A stretch of DNA of 64,000 bases from an uncultured virus (IMG/VR IMGVR_UViG_3300008120_000124) (IMGVR_UViG_3300008120_000124), one strand, 5' to 3'. Positions 1 through 7,419 are shown, numbered from the stretch's first letter. Notes: generated from the sequence alone by a model not told the origin. Made by a program: numbers and translations.

Positions 1-49
1 CTATATTTATGTACAACTTACGGTTAAGTAAGTTATTTACAGTGTTTAG

Positions 50-659
50 GGAACAATGGGGTAGTTAGCGGTTAAAAGATATGTTGTTAGTTTTGGACAT
101 TACGAAACGTCCTTTCACTCGTTCATTCGAGTCTTAATCCTTCTTAAGCCTCCATCGCCGCAGCGATTTCAGAGGCCGTGTATCTCTCCGCCGCTTTGGG
201 CACGAGATATTTCACCGCGTCTGGACCCTTATCGTTTGGGTCCGGGTAATACGTCCCGAAGGACATCTTACCTTTGCCACCGGCTTTCACCAGTGGCAGT
301 AAATCACACAAATGCAGGCGCAACTTTGCCTGCAGTGTACCAATTTGCAGGGTACACAACGCCCTGTAGACGTCTTCCCCTGTGGCCACAACTGCCCCGT
401 TGGACAGTTTGGTTGTGCGGCCAGATTTCACCACACCCTCGTGAGAGAGGATTGTTACTTCGTGCGTGCCGTCCTTTGCAAGAGCAAAGAAAGCCTCGTC
501 GCACTCTATCCCAGATACCTGGGTAGGAGTGTGGAGACTTCCGCCCTTGAAAGACGACAGAACTTGAGCCTTGACGGCCTCCGATACTATCGGAGTACCG
601 CCAATCACCAGTGAGTCTGACATAATCAAAGAAGATTGAGCCACTACCCCATTTGTTCC
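50..659. repeat. imperfect inverted repeat pair flanking the GC-rich ORF
   Basis: GGAACAATGGGGTAGT at 50-65; ACTACCCCATTTGTTCC at 643-659 (reverse complement GGAACAAATGGGGTAGT, one extra A). The core CTACCCCAT recurs at 737-745. Confidence 0.6.
144..623 (-). CDS. hypothetical protein (GC-rich, the only plausible minus-strand gene)
   Basis: Open frame ending TAA at 144-146; ATG at 623 (the track extends it to GTG 644). Visibly higher GC than the rest of the window. No recognisable motif. Confidence 0.5.
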   Translation of the reverse strand: MSDSLVIGGTPIVSEAVKAQVLSSFKGGSLHTPTQVSGIECDEAFFALAKDGTHEVTILSHEGVVKSGRTTKLSNGAVVATGEDVYRALCTLQIGTLQAKLRLHLCDLLPLVKAGGKGKMSFGTYYPDPNDKGPDAVKYLVPKAAERYTASEIAAAMEA

Positions 660-722
660 GACAAAAGCGCAGCGGGGGTATTCTGTTGTGGACTAGTGTC
701 CCTTAGGCGCGTATATATTTTA

Positions 723-772
723 GGGGGGGGGTATACCTACCCCATCAATATTGTAAAAAAAGAAGGGGGGGG
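723..772. repeat. poly-G tracts at the divergent strand boundary
   Basis: G9 at 723-731 and G8 at 765-772 in an AT-rich genome, between the minus-strand ORF and the first + strand promoter. Confidence 0.7.
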
Positions 773-788
773 CATAAAATAATTATCG

Positions 789-826
789 AAATACTTGACA
801 AAGCACACTCAAATGTTGTATCTTTG
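789..826 (+). promoter_or_regulatory. Bacteroidota-type housekeeping promoter (-33 TTG / -7 TAnnTTTG)
   Basis: AAATACTTGACA at 789-800 and TATCTTTG at 819-826. The same pair occurs at 1832-1868. Confidence 0.75.
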
Positions 827-869
827 TATAAACTTTACAAAACATGAACACAAATTATATAGATAATGT

Positions 870-1073
870 ATGACAGCACTAACCACTGACCCAATTGTTT
901 TATCTGTAATATCAAAGCTTAATCAAAGATCTTCTACTGGTATTTCTAAATATAATACTACACTCTTTGAGAATAATACAGATGACTTTCTTTTGCATTT
1001 ACAAGAAGAACTTTTAGATGCAGCCAATTATGTTGAAAAATTAATACAACAAAGAAATGCGCAACGCCAATAG
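870..1073 (+). CDS. small conserved phage protein, possibly MazG-like all-alpha NTP pyrophosphatase
   Basis: 67 aa; GISKYNTTL...HLQEELLDAANY resembles the EExxD acidic motif of all-alpha NTP-PPases. Confidence 0.55.
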   Translation: MTALTTDPIVLSVISKLNQRSSTGISKYNTTLFENNTDDFLLHLQEELLDAANYVEKLIQQRNAQRQ

Positions 1074-1332
1074 TTTAGAAATCGTACCCTCCTTTGAGTT
1101 TCATGGACCACACTCTAGAAACTATCGTCTTAGGATAGGGCCTTCTTTAGAGAATTTTTATTCGGTATCTACTTTTTCAGATAATGTAGATTCTCTTATT
1201 TCTTTTATGAATAAGGATATATATGATTATTTTTATTTGGATCTTATTAATTTTCCAAAGCAATTTCATATAACTCTCTCAAAACTTCTCTCTCATCCTA
1301 AACTCGTTATATCTCCAAATAGTAATGAGTAA
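1057..1332 (+). CDS. hypothetical protein
   Basis: 91 aa ORF overlapping the upstream stop; ends TAA. Confidence 0.55.
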   Translation: MRNANSLEIVPSFEFHGPHSRNYRLRIGPSLENFYSVSTFSDNVDSLISFMNKDIYDYFYLDLINFPKQFHITLSKLLSHPKLVISPNSNE

Positions 1333-1375
1333 AGTAATTACTAATATTATTTTACACCCATATTTCCCTTTTTTG

Positions 1376-1383
1376 TATATTTG
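1376..1383 (+). promoter_or_regulatory. Bacteroidota -7 promoter element upstream of the structured RNA region
   Basis: TATATTTG matches TAnnTTTG; the -33 element is not clear. Confidence 0.5.
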
Positions 1384-1385
1384 TA

Positions 1386-1795
1386 CTTCCGCACGAATCC
1401 ATCAGAATTCTGTGTCAACCCTCAGGCACCAATGCAAAAAGTAGCCCTGGGTTTAGAAGTCGGGTTAATAGACTTGAAGAAAGTTGAAATTGTCCCCGAT
1501 AGCGGAGAAAATGTTTTAAAGAATAGAATGTGATGTTATTGAAGTGGTTCTGGTAGGGCACTATATTTCGCTAACGCCTTTGGTACTATAATACCTTATA
1601 CGGCGAGGCATCCACACTTCATCGGGTAACCGTTTATAGATGGTAGCACTGGCATCCCTTAAGCTTTAAAATAAACCCCCACCAGGCCGGAAACCTGGTG
1701 CCCTAACCTCCTTATTTTTAAGGGGGAAGGGCAGAGCTGTATCCGTCCCCCTGAGCTCTTAAATCTCATCCCCCAAGGGGGAGCTTGAGATGCTC
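1386..1795 (+). ncRNA. candidate structured non-coding RNA (unassigned)
   Basis: About 410 nt, GC-enriched, with many helices: TCCGC 1388-1392/GCGGA 1502-1506; TCGGG 1460-1464/CCCGA 1495-1499; TGAAGTG 1540-1546/CACTTCA 1615-1621; CACCAGG 1680-1686/CCTGGTG 1694-1700; AGAGCT 1733-1738/AGCTCT 1754-1759; ATCTCA 1763-1768/TGAGAT 1786-1791. Confidence 0.5.
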
Positions 1796-1831
1796 GATAA
1801 ATCTCGCAAAATAATTTAAAAATATTTTAGT

Positions 1832-1868
1832 AAATACTTGACATCTCCCTTTTTATTTCGTATCTTTG
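1832..1868 (+). promoter_or_regulatory. Bacteroidota-type promoter for the downstream operon
   Basis: AAATACTTGACA at 1832-1843 and TATCTTTG at 1861-1868; ATG at 1885. Confidence 0.75.
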
Positions 1869-1884
1869 CAGTAAATTAAAGTAA

Positions 1885-2250
1885 ATGAAGATGAATGTAA
1901 GTTCAGACAATACGAAAGAGTTTCTGTTCAACACACTTAGGGTAATAGGATTGTTCTCTCCTGAGGATAAAAGTATCTCCGATACAGAGGCTGATCTCTT
2001 AGCGAGGTTCATGTCCTTACCAGATACTCACAGGTTCTATCCCTTCTCTTATAAGGCTCGTAAGTTAGTGTCTGAGTCTTATACTCCTAAGATGACAAAG
2101 CAGAATCTTTCCCTTAAAGTTAACTCTCTTATTTCTAAAGGGTATCTATATCGAGATGAAGATAACTTTATTGATTACACTCCCACTATAAAGAAACTTT
2201 TAAACACAAAAGAATTTAATGTTACTCTCCTCAATAGAGCCGCTGATTAA
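1885..2250 (+). CDS. putative winged-helix DNA-binding protein
   Basis: 121 aa; KQNLSLKVNSLISKGYLYRDE resembles a wHTH recognition helix plus wing. Confidence 0.5.
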   Translation: MKMNVSSDNTKEFLFNTLRVIGLFSPEDKSISDTEADLLARFMSLPDTHRFYPFSYKARKLVSESYTPKMTKQNLSLKVNSLISKGYLYRDEDNFIDYTPTIKKLLNTKEFNVTLLNRAAD

Positions 2251-2560
2251 GCAGACTTCCCTTCTACTTAAGATGCCTGAGGATAAAGTAAAACATGTTA
2301 TTTATTTTCAGTTTAAAGTTATCTCTGATAATTATAAGAATATTAGGTACGTAGGATTTAGGTTAGAAGACTTAGGTTCTTTAGTACTTAAGCCTGGAGG
2401 ATTTAGGAATATGATGAGGCATCTCTTTATTAAGCTTCGTAAGAATAGATTCCCCACTGAAGTTAAATTGTTTCAATCAGCCCTTAAGATAAGGCATCAA
2501 GTTTATCAATATTATAAATCTAAAAATTATAAGGAACGATTTGGTTCCTGGCATCATTAA
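2219..2560 (+). CDS. putative HU/IHF-like DNA-binding protein
   Basis: Basic 113 aa; two N-terminal helices followed by FRLEDLGSLVLK, similar to the HU beta-ribbon start. Confidence 0.45.
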   Translation: MLLSSIEPLIKQTSLLLKMPEDKVKHVIYFQFKVISDNYKNIRYVGFRLEDLGSLVLKPGGFRNMMRHLFIKLRKNRFPTEVKLFQSALKIRHQVYQYYKSKNYKERFGSWHH

Positions 2561-2562
2561 TT

Positions 2563-2745
2563 ATGGCACAGAAAAACACTCCAGTCTTTCCACAAGAGAC
2601 TGTTCAACAAGTAAATTCACAAAGAGAGTTTCATATTGCTTCTATTAAAGCACTTACAGAACTACTTAAGACTACTGATTCTTCTTCTCTTAAAGAACAA
2701 ACAGAAAAAGCACTCTCAAAACTTATTGAAGTATATGTTAACTAA
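2563..2745 (+). CDS. hypothetical protein
   Basis: 60 aa ORF tightly packed between its neighbours. Confidence 0.6.
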   Translation: MAQKNTPVFPQETVQQVNSQREFHIASIKALTELLKTTDSSSLKEQTEKALSKLIEVYVN

Positions 2746-3115
2746 TATTAATCTTATAGGTAATAGAGTTCTTGTACTCCTAGATAAGGAACCAGAGCAC
2801 ACTACTACTTCATCGGGGTTATTGATACCTCAGTTTACTTATGAGGAGACAGATGGAGGTAAGCTTAAAGCTAAAGCTTCTGATCTTACTTATCTTTCAC
2901 AAGGTACTGTAGTTTCTATATCCCCCCACGCTAAAGATCTCCTTTCTAAGGAGAATACTGATTTACAAGTAGGTGATAGGGTATATGTATCTACTCACGC
3001 TGTTTCCCCCCAGTATCAATTCTTTATTGATCGTTCAACAAAGATCCTTTCTTTTGATGGATATATATCTATACCTACTTCACTTATAGAAGCTATTATT
3101 AAAGATGAAAAATAA
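2735..3115 (+). CDS. groES: GroES-like co-chaperonin
   Basis: From ATG 2735: LIGNRVLV...TTSSGLLIP (mobile loop)...GTVVSISP...LQVGDRV, the Cpn10 pattern. Confidence 0.75.
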   Translation: MLTNINLIGNRVLVLLDKEPEHTTTSSGLLIPQFTYEETDGGKLKAKASDLTYLSQGTVVSISPHAKDLLSKENTDLQVGDRVYVSTHAVSPQYQFFIDRSTKILSFDGYISIPTSLIEAIIKDEK

Positions 3116-3464
3116 ACCAAAAGCTAATAAAACTCCTAAAGTTGTAGAAAACACTTCTTCTTTAGAAGAATCACCAATATATTTAGAGATGAACCAAACT
3201 GCACTAGAACTAGAAAACACTAAAGCAGAACTTGAGTCTGCTAAACAACAGACCAATCAAATGCAAGCAATTGCTCAAGAAGCACTTAATAGATTGGTAA
3301 CTATTGAAACTCGTCTTGCTCCTCAAGCATTACGTAAGCCGAATCTAATGACTATACTTTTCCATTGGAAAGAGCTAATGCTTACTATTGCAGAAATTGT
3401 TTCCCTTATTAAGGAGTTTAAAGATCTGATACAGAAGCAACCTCAAAATGACGCTCCTAAATAG
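3105..3464 (+). CDS. coiled-coil hypothetical protein
   Basis: 119 aa, heptad-like central region; overlaps both neighbours. Confidence 0.6.
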   Translation: MKNKPKANKTPKVVENTSSLEESPIYLEMNQTALELENTKAELESAKQQTNQMQAIAQEALNRLVTIETRLAPQALRKPNLMTILFHWKELMLTIAEIVSLIKEFKDLIQKQPQNDAPK

Positions 3465-3945
3465 TTTTGATATACATAAGGATTTTTTCTCTACTAATCC
3501 TGAGTTGTCAGTTCTATTAAAAGATTTTTTAGAAATACCCTCTGAACATTTATGAGCAATATTTTTATACGCGCACCCTGATTCTAAGTTCTTTGAGCTT
3601 TCCCCTAAAGAACGCCAAGAACTTATTTATAAGGATTACCTTATCTCTGATCCTTCCTTCTCATGGGAGTCCTACTCTGATCTTCTTTCTTTTGTAGAAG
3701 ATAATCTACTTACTAAAGTAGAAAGGGCTCTTATGAGATGGGAAAAGACGCTACATGAAAGAGATGAGTTTATTTCCTCTATACCTTATTCTTTAGATAC
3801 CTTTGAAGCTAAAGATAAGATGGTTGCAAATACCCCCAAATTATGGGATCAGTATGAATCTATTTTAGAGCGGTTAGCTAAAGAACGTCAAACTAAAACT
3901 CATGGAGATTTAGAGGAATCTGCTTCTGAAAAAGGAGAAATTTAG
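3448..3945 (+). CDS. conserved crAss-like protein, possibly terminase small subunit; 1 in-frame TGA (3553)
   Basis: ATG 3448 is in frame with track ORF 3733-3945. The only interruption is TGA 3553-3555 in EHL*AIFLYAHPDSKF. 165 aa with readthrough. Confidence 0.7.
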
Positions 3946-3967
3946 TGGTGTTCTTCACCACTATTAT

Positions 3968-4213
3968 GGGGGCGCCTGGTATTGATTTGGTATATAGTGC
4001 TTACATTAACTGTGATGAAGGTCGTCTACGCCTTAAGTAGATAACAATAAATGACAACTCTTACGCAGATGCACTTATAGTGCCGGAGAACTCTACCAGC
4101 TACGTTTCTCAAGAGGTAGAAATTTTAGAATTAGTTTACGCTTAAATTAAATCACACTTAAAGGTTAATGAAAAGTAATACTGAAGACGCGGGTTCGACT
4201 CCCGCCGCCTCCA
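3968..4213 (+). ncRNA. ssrA: phage-encoded tmRNA (compact, about 246 nt)
   Basis: Acceptor stem GGGGGCG 3968-3974/CGCCTCC 4206-4212 with G3:U70 and discriminator A. T-arm GCGGG-TTCGACT-CCCGC 4189-4205. pk1 pseudoknot AAGG/CCTT plus TCTAC/GTAGA (4018-4041). Tag frame 4053-4145 follows ATAAAT. Confidence 0.9.
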
Positions 4214-4881
4214 CAAATAAAGTTGAACTTATAGGTTACTATGGTTCAGATGAAGTAATAGCTCTTTCTGCATGGACGTCTACATCTAGAGATTTAACCC
4301 CAGAAAAGAAAGAACGTATCCCCGCTTTAATTAAACAGCTTTGGGATGCACACCCAGTTCCACATGGATCTCCGTTTGAAAAGGGAATTGTTCATTTCCT
4401 AGTTACTACGGATATTGCTTCACATATACATTTATTAAAGCATAGAATATCCTCTATTAATGCTGAGTCAGCTAGATATAAAGAACTTAAAGAAGATAAA
4501 TACTATCTACCAGAAGATTGGAAGGGTATTAAGTCTAAAAGATTCCATAAAGATCTTCTCTCTATATTAGAGGAGTATACAAAACTTGGGAATGTTTATT
4601 ATCATGAAGCTGTTAAAGAACTTACACCAGTTCTTGGTAGAAAAAGAGCTAAAGAAACAGCTAGATTTTTTAAGACTTATAATTCTCAGATAACAGCGGA
4701 TGTTATGTTTAATATGCGGTCATTTCATAATTTTATTAATCAAAGGATGGATGATCACGCTCAAAAAGAGATAAGAGAAATTGCTAGAGAAATGCTCTCC
4801 ATAGTCTATAATTTAGAAGGTGCTCCTTTTAAAGCTACATTAGAAGCATGGGGATTTGATAAACCTGAACTTATTGGGTAG
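4168..4881 (+). CDS. thyX: flavin-dependent thymidylate synthase ThyX
   Basis: HGSPFE and HLLKHRISSINAESARY (ThyX motif), NMRSFHNFINQRMDDHAQKEIR. The start ATG lies inside the tmRNA. Confidence 0.9.
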   Translation: MKSNTEDAGSTPAASTNKVELIGYYGSDEVIALSAWTSTSRDLTPEKKERIPALIKQLWDAHPVPHGSPFEKGIVHFLVTTDIASHIHLLKHRISSINAESARYKELKEDKYYLPEDWKGIKSKRFHKDLLSILEEYTKLGNVYYHEAVKELTPVLGRKRAKETARFFKTYNSQITADVMFNMRSFHNFINQRMDDHAQKEIREIAREMLSIVYNLEGAPFKATLEAWGFDKPELIG

Positions 4882-4895
4882 TCGTGGTATAGAAG

Positions 4896-5035
4896 CCTTC
4901 ATTTTAACTTTTGCCAGAAAAGAGAAGGATACAGGGTCCCGCCCTAGTATTTAAATTACAGCGGGAAAAACTGATAACAGTCGTTTATGGACCCGGTTCC
5001 CTAGTCGTAAGATTCAGGGAACTTCCATAACGGCT
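4896..5035 (+). ncRNA. structured spacer / tRNA leader RNA (unassigned)
   Basis: Hairpins CCTTC..GAAGG and TCCCGC..GCGGGA, then a long stem AGTCGTTTATGGA..TCCATAACGGCT enclosing GTTCCCT-AGTC-GTAA-GATT-C-AGGGAAC (GNRA loop). Confidence 0.45.
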
Positions 5036-5039
5036 TTAC

Positions 5040-5132
5040 GGGGGCTACAGTAGCTGGGTACTAACCGATCTTCAAAATCGCTGAACACGCCCTTCCAAAA
5101 GGCGTGCGGGGGTTCGATTCCCTCAGCCCTTG
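5040..5132 (+). tRNA. opal (UGA) suppressor tRNA, anticodon UCA, long variable arm
   Basis: Acceptor GGGGGCT 5040-5046/AGCCCTT 5125-5131, discriminator G5132. D stem AGTA/TACT. Anticodon arm CGAT-CTTCAAA-ATCG (TCA at 5072-5074). Variable arm CACGCC/GGCGTG. T arm GGGGG-TTCGATT-CCCTC. Confidence 0.9.
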
Positions 5133-5147
5133 CTAAAACTTAATTTT

Positions 5148-5447
5148 ATGTGGATAAAAACTTCACTATTAATGGCTGAAGGGGATTCTTTAGAAGAGAA
5201 TTCCTTTTTTGAAATACCAATATGGATAAATACGTCTCAAATAGTTACTATTAGAAAGATTGTAAAAGACACAGACGTTCCAGATGACTTAAAAAGATAT
5301 TCTGCTATCTCTACTACGGATGGTAATACTTACTACCTTAAAGTACAAGCAGAAAATCTACTTAAAATGATCAATCCTGATAACGATGGTGGTATAAGTA
5401 TAGAAAATGATACGCCACCAAAACCAACCTTAGACACAAGTATATAA
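5148..5447 (+). CDS. hypothetical protein
   Basis: ATG 5148 just after the tRNA (the track's TTG start lies within the tRNA); 99 aa. Confidence 0.65.
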   Translation: MWIKTSLLMAEGDSLEENSFFEIPIWINTSQIVTIRKIVKDTDVPDDLKRYSAISTTDGNTYYLKVQAENLLKMINPDNDGGISIENDTPPKPTLDTSI

Positions 5448-5584
5448 TGGAAAATAAATTTACACTTACTGAACTCATAGACTTTGGTAATTATCTTCTT
5501 TCTGAGTATAGAATGAACATGGTTACACAAAAAGACGCTGTGCACGACGCAGATATTGCAAATTGGCTCTACAGAGTTAACTAA
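5447..5584 (+). CDS. small hypothetical protein (45 aa)
   Basis: TAATG coupling at 5445-5449; MENKFTLTELIDFGNYLLSEYR...HDADIANWLYRVN; fills the gap exactly. Confidence 0.65.
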   Translation: MENKFTLTELIDFGNYLLSEYRMNMVTQKDAVHDADIANWLYRVN

Positions 5585-5591
5585 ACTCAAA

Positions 5592-5822
5592 ATGAAGATC
5601 AAAGTATCAATTAAATATGAGCTTTGGCCATATGAGCAAGAGCTTTCTGTAACAATACCACAGGATGAATTCCATAAAATGGATACTTATGTTGATTCTA
5701 TGACATCTAATTTAAAGATGAACCTACTTACTCACGTTAAGAATCATCATCCTAATACTTGGTATAAAAATTCACCCCTTAATTTGGACAAATTAAAAGA
5801 TTTACAAAATGACGCCAACTAA
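5592..5822 (+). CDS. hypothetical protein
   Basis: ATG 5592, 7 nt after the previous stop; overlaps the groEL start. Confidence 0.6.
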   Translation: MKIKVSIKYELWPYEQELSVTIPQDEFHKMDTYVDSMTSNLKMNLLTHVKNHHPNTWYKNSPLNLDKLKDLQNDAN

Positions 5823-7419
5823 ACAAGTTACGTTTAAAGAAGAAACAAGAGAAAAATTACTTAAAGGTGTAGAAAAAATTTCTAATGCTGTTGGGTCTAC
5901 ATTAGGACCAATGGGTAAGAATGTAATAATCGAAACTCCCTATGGAGCAACTACTGTAACTAAAGATGGTGTAACAGTTGCTAAACATATAGCTTTAGAA
6001 GACCCAGTTGAGAACTTAGCTGTGGATATTCTTAAGCAAGCTGCTGCTAAAACTGCTTCTACTGCTGGAGATGGCACTACTACCTCAACTGTTATTGCTT
6101 CGGCTTTAGTACAAGAGGCATTTAAACTTATTTCTGTTGGTTATCAGCCCATAGAAATTAAAAGAGTCTTTGAGACTTTAAAACACCAGACTATTGTACA
6201 GCTTAATAAGTTATCTACTGGAGAACTTAAGCCACAAGATATTTATGATGTGGCTACTATATCTGCTAATAATGATTCTGACATTGGTGTCCTCATTCTT
6301 TCTGCTTATGAGTATGTTGGTACAGATGGTTTAGTGTCTATGGGAGAATCTAAGACAGGTAATACTTATCTTGAGGCTGTACCTGGAGTATCTATATCTA
6401 AAGGTTATGCTTCCCCTTATTTTATTACAGATTCCGCTAAAGGAGAAGCAGTTTTAGAAAACCCCCTTATATTTATTACTGATAATAAGCTTAGACACAC
6501 AGATGAAGTAATCCCAATTTTGGAGTATGCAGCATCTCGTAGAAAGCCGCTCCTTATTATTGCTGATGCTATTGATGGTCAAGCTCTACAGCTCCTTATA
6601 ATTAATAAGTTACAACAAAGAATATCCGTAGTTGCTGTAGAAGCTCCTTCTTATGGAGAAAATAGAGCGGAACTGCTTCAAGATCTTGCAGCTATAACCT
6701 CTTCTAATATATTTACAACAACAGATGCCTCTAGAGCAACCCTTGATGTTTCCCCTATTAATTTTGGTTCTGCAGAAAAGGTAGTTATCTCTAAAGATAA
6801 GACTGTATTTATTAATCCAGATAAAAACGCTGATAAGGTTGACCAAAGAGTTCAGTTAATAAACTCTAAAATGCTCCAAGATTCTGATAATCCTTATCTT
6901 TTACAACAGTATCAGAAAAGACTTGCGGATCTTAAAGCTAAAGTAGCAATTATTAATGTTGGGGCTGCTACAGAAACAGAATTAAAAGAGAAAAAAGATA
7001 GGGTAGAAGATGCTCTTAAAGCTATTGCAGCAACAATCGTTGAAGGTTATCTCCCAGGAGGTGGTACTGCACTTCTTTATGCTTCATCTAAGATAACTAC
7101 TGATGATCCTATAACAAAAGCATACGTTAATGCTATAAAAGAGCCACTTAGACGTATAGTTTTTAATGCGGGTAAGAGTCCAGATATGGTACTTGCTACA
7201 TTAGAGGCATCTACGGACACTAGTTTTGGATTCGATGCTAAAAGCTTTGAGTATAAAGATTTAAAAGCAGCTGGTATTATTGATCCAACTATGGTAGTTA
7301 CACAAGCAGTTAAGAATGCTGTTTCTGCAGCTAATATGATAATTCTTTCTGACACTGCGATGGTTAATGTAGATAGGACGCCCCCATATACTCCACCATC
7401 ACCAGACTATGTTCAATAA
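5809..7419 (+). CDS. groEL: chaperonin GroEL
   Basis: 536 aa; TLGPMGKNV, TKDGVTVA, AGDGTTT, GAATETELKEKKDRVEDAL, PGGG, GIIDP. Confidence 0.97.
   Translation: MTPTKQVTFKEETREKLLKGVEKISNAVGSTLGPMGKNVIIETPYGATTVTKDGVTVAKHIALEDPVENLAVDILKQAAAKTASTAGDGTTTSTVIASALVQEAFKLISVGYQPIEIKRVFETLKHQTIVQLNKLSTGELKPQDIYDVATISANNDSDIGVLILSAYEYVGTDGLVSMGESKTGNTYLEAVPGVSISKGYASPYFITDSAKGEAVLENPLIFITDNKLRHTDEVIPILEYAASRRKPLLIIADAIDGQALQLLIINKLQQRISVVAVEAPSYGENRAELLQDLAAITSSNIFTTTDASRATLDVSPINFGSAEKVVISKDKTVFINPDKNADKVDQRVQLINSKMLQDSDNPYLLQQYQKRLADLKAKVAIINVGAATETELKEKKDRVEDALKAIAATIVEGYLPGGGTALLYASSKITTDDPITKAYVNAIKEPLRRIVFNAGKSPDMVLATLEASTDTSFGFDAKSFEYKDLKAAGIIDPTMVVTQAVKNAVSAANMIILSDTAMVNVDRTPPYTPPSPDYVQ

Noticed and set aside
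236..614. Alternative-frame ORFs overlapping the GC-rich gene
   Set aside because: Expected by chance in GC-rich DNA; the 144-623 frame is longest and most protein-like.
844..882. Nine-codon mini-ORF (ATG 844) ending in TGA that overlaps the ATG at 870
   Set aside because: Too short to support as a gene; noted only as a possible exception to the absence of TGA stops.
3943..3963. Hairpin TAGTGGTG-TTCTT-CACCACTA as a terminator
   Set aside because: No U-tract follows; more likely part of the tmRNA leader.
5040..5132. Canonical tRNA-Sec / selenoprotein system
   Set aside because: The acceptor stem is 7 bp with G73 (an 8-bp reading loses G73) and the D stem is only 4 bp. No selA, selB or selD in the window, and the TGA contexts are Trp-like rather than catalytic Cys-like.
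5133..5200. Theta (HDV-like) ribozyme 3' of the suppressor tRNA
   Set aside because: The trailer is a short AT-rich spacer running directly into a CDS; no nested pseudoknot could be fitted.
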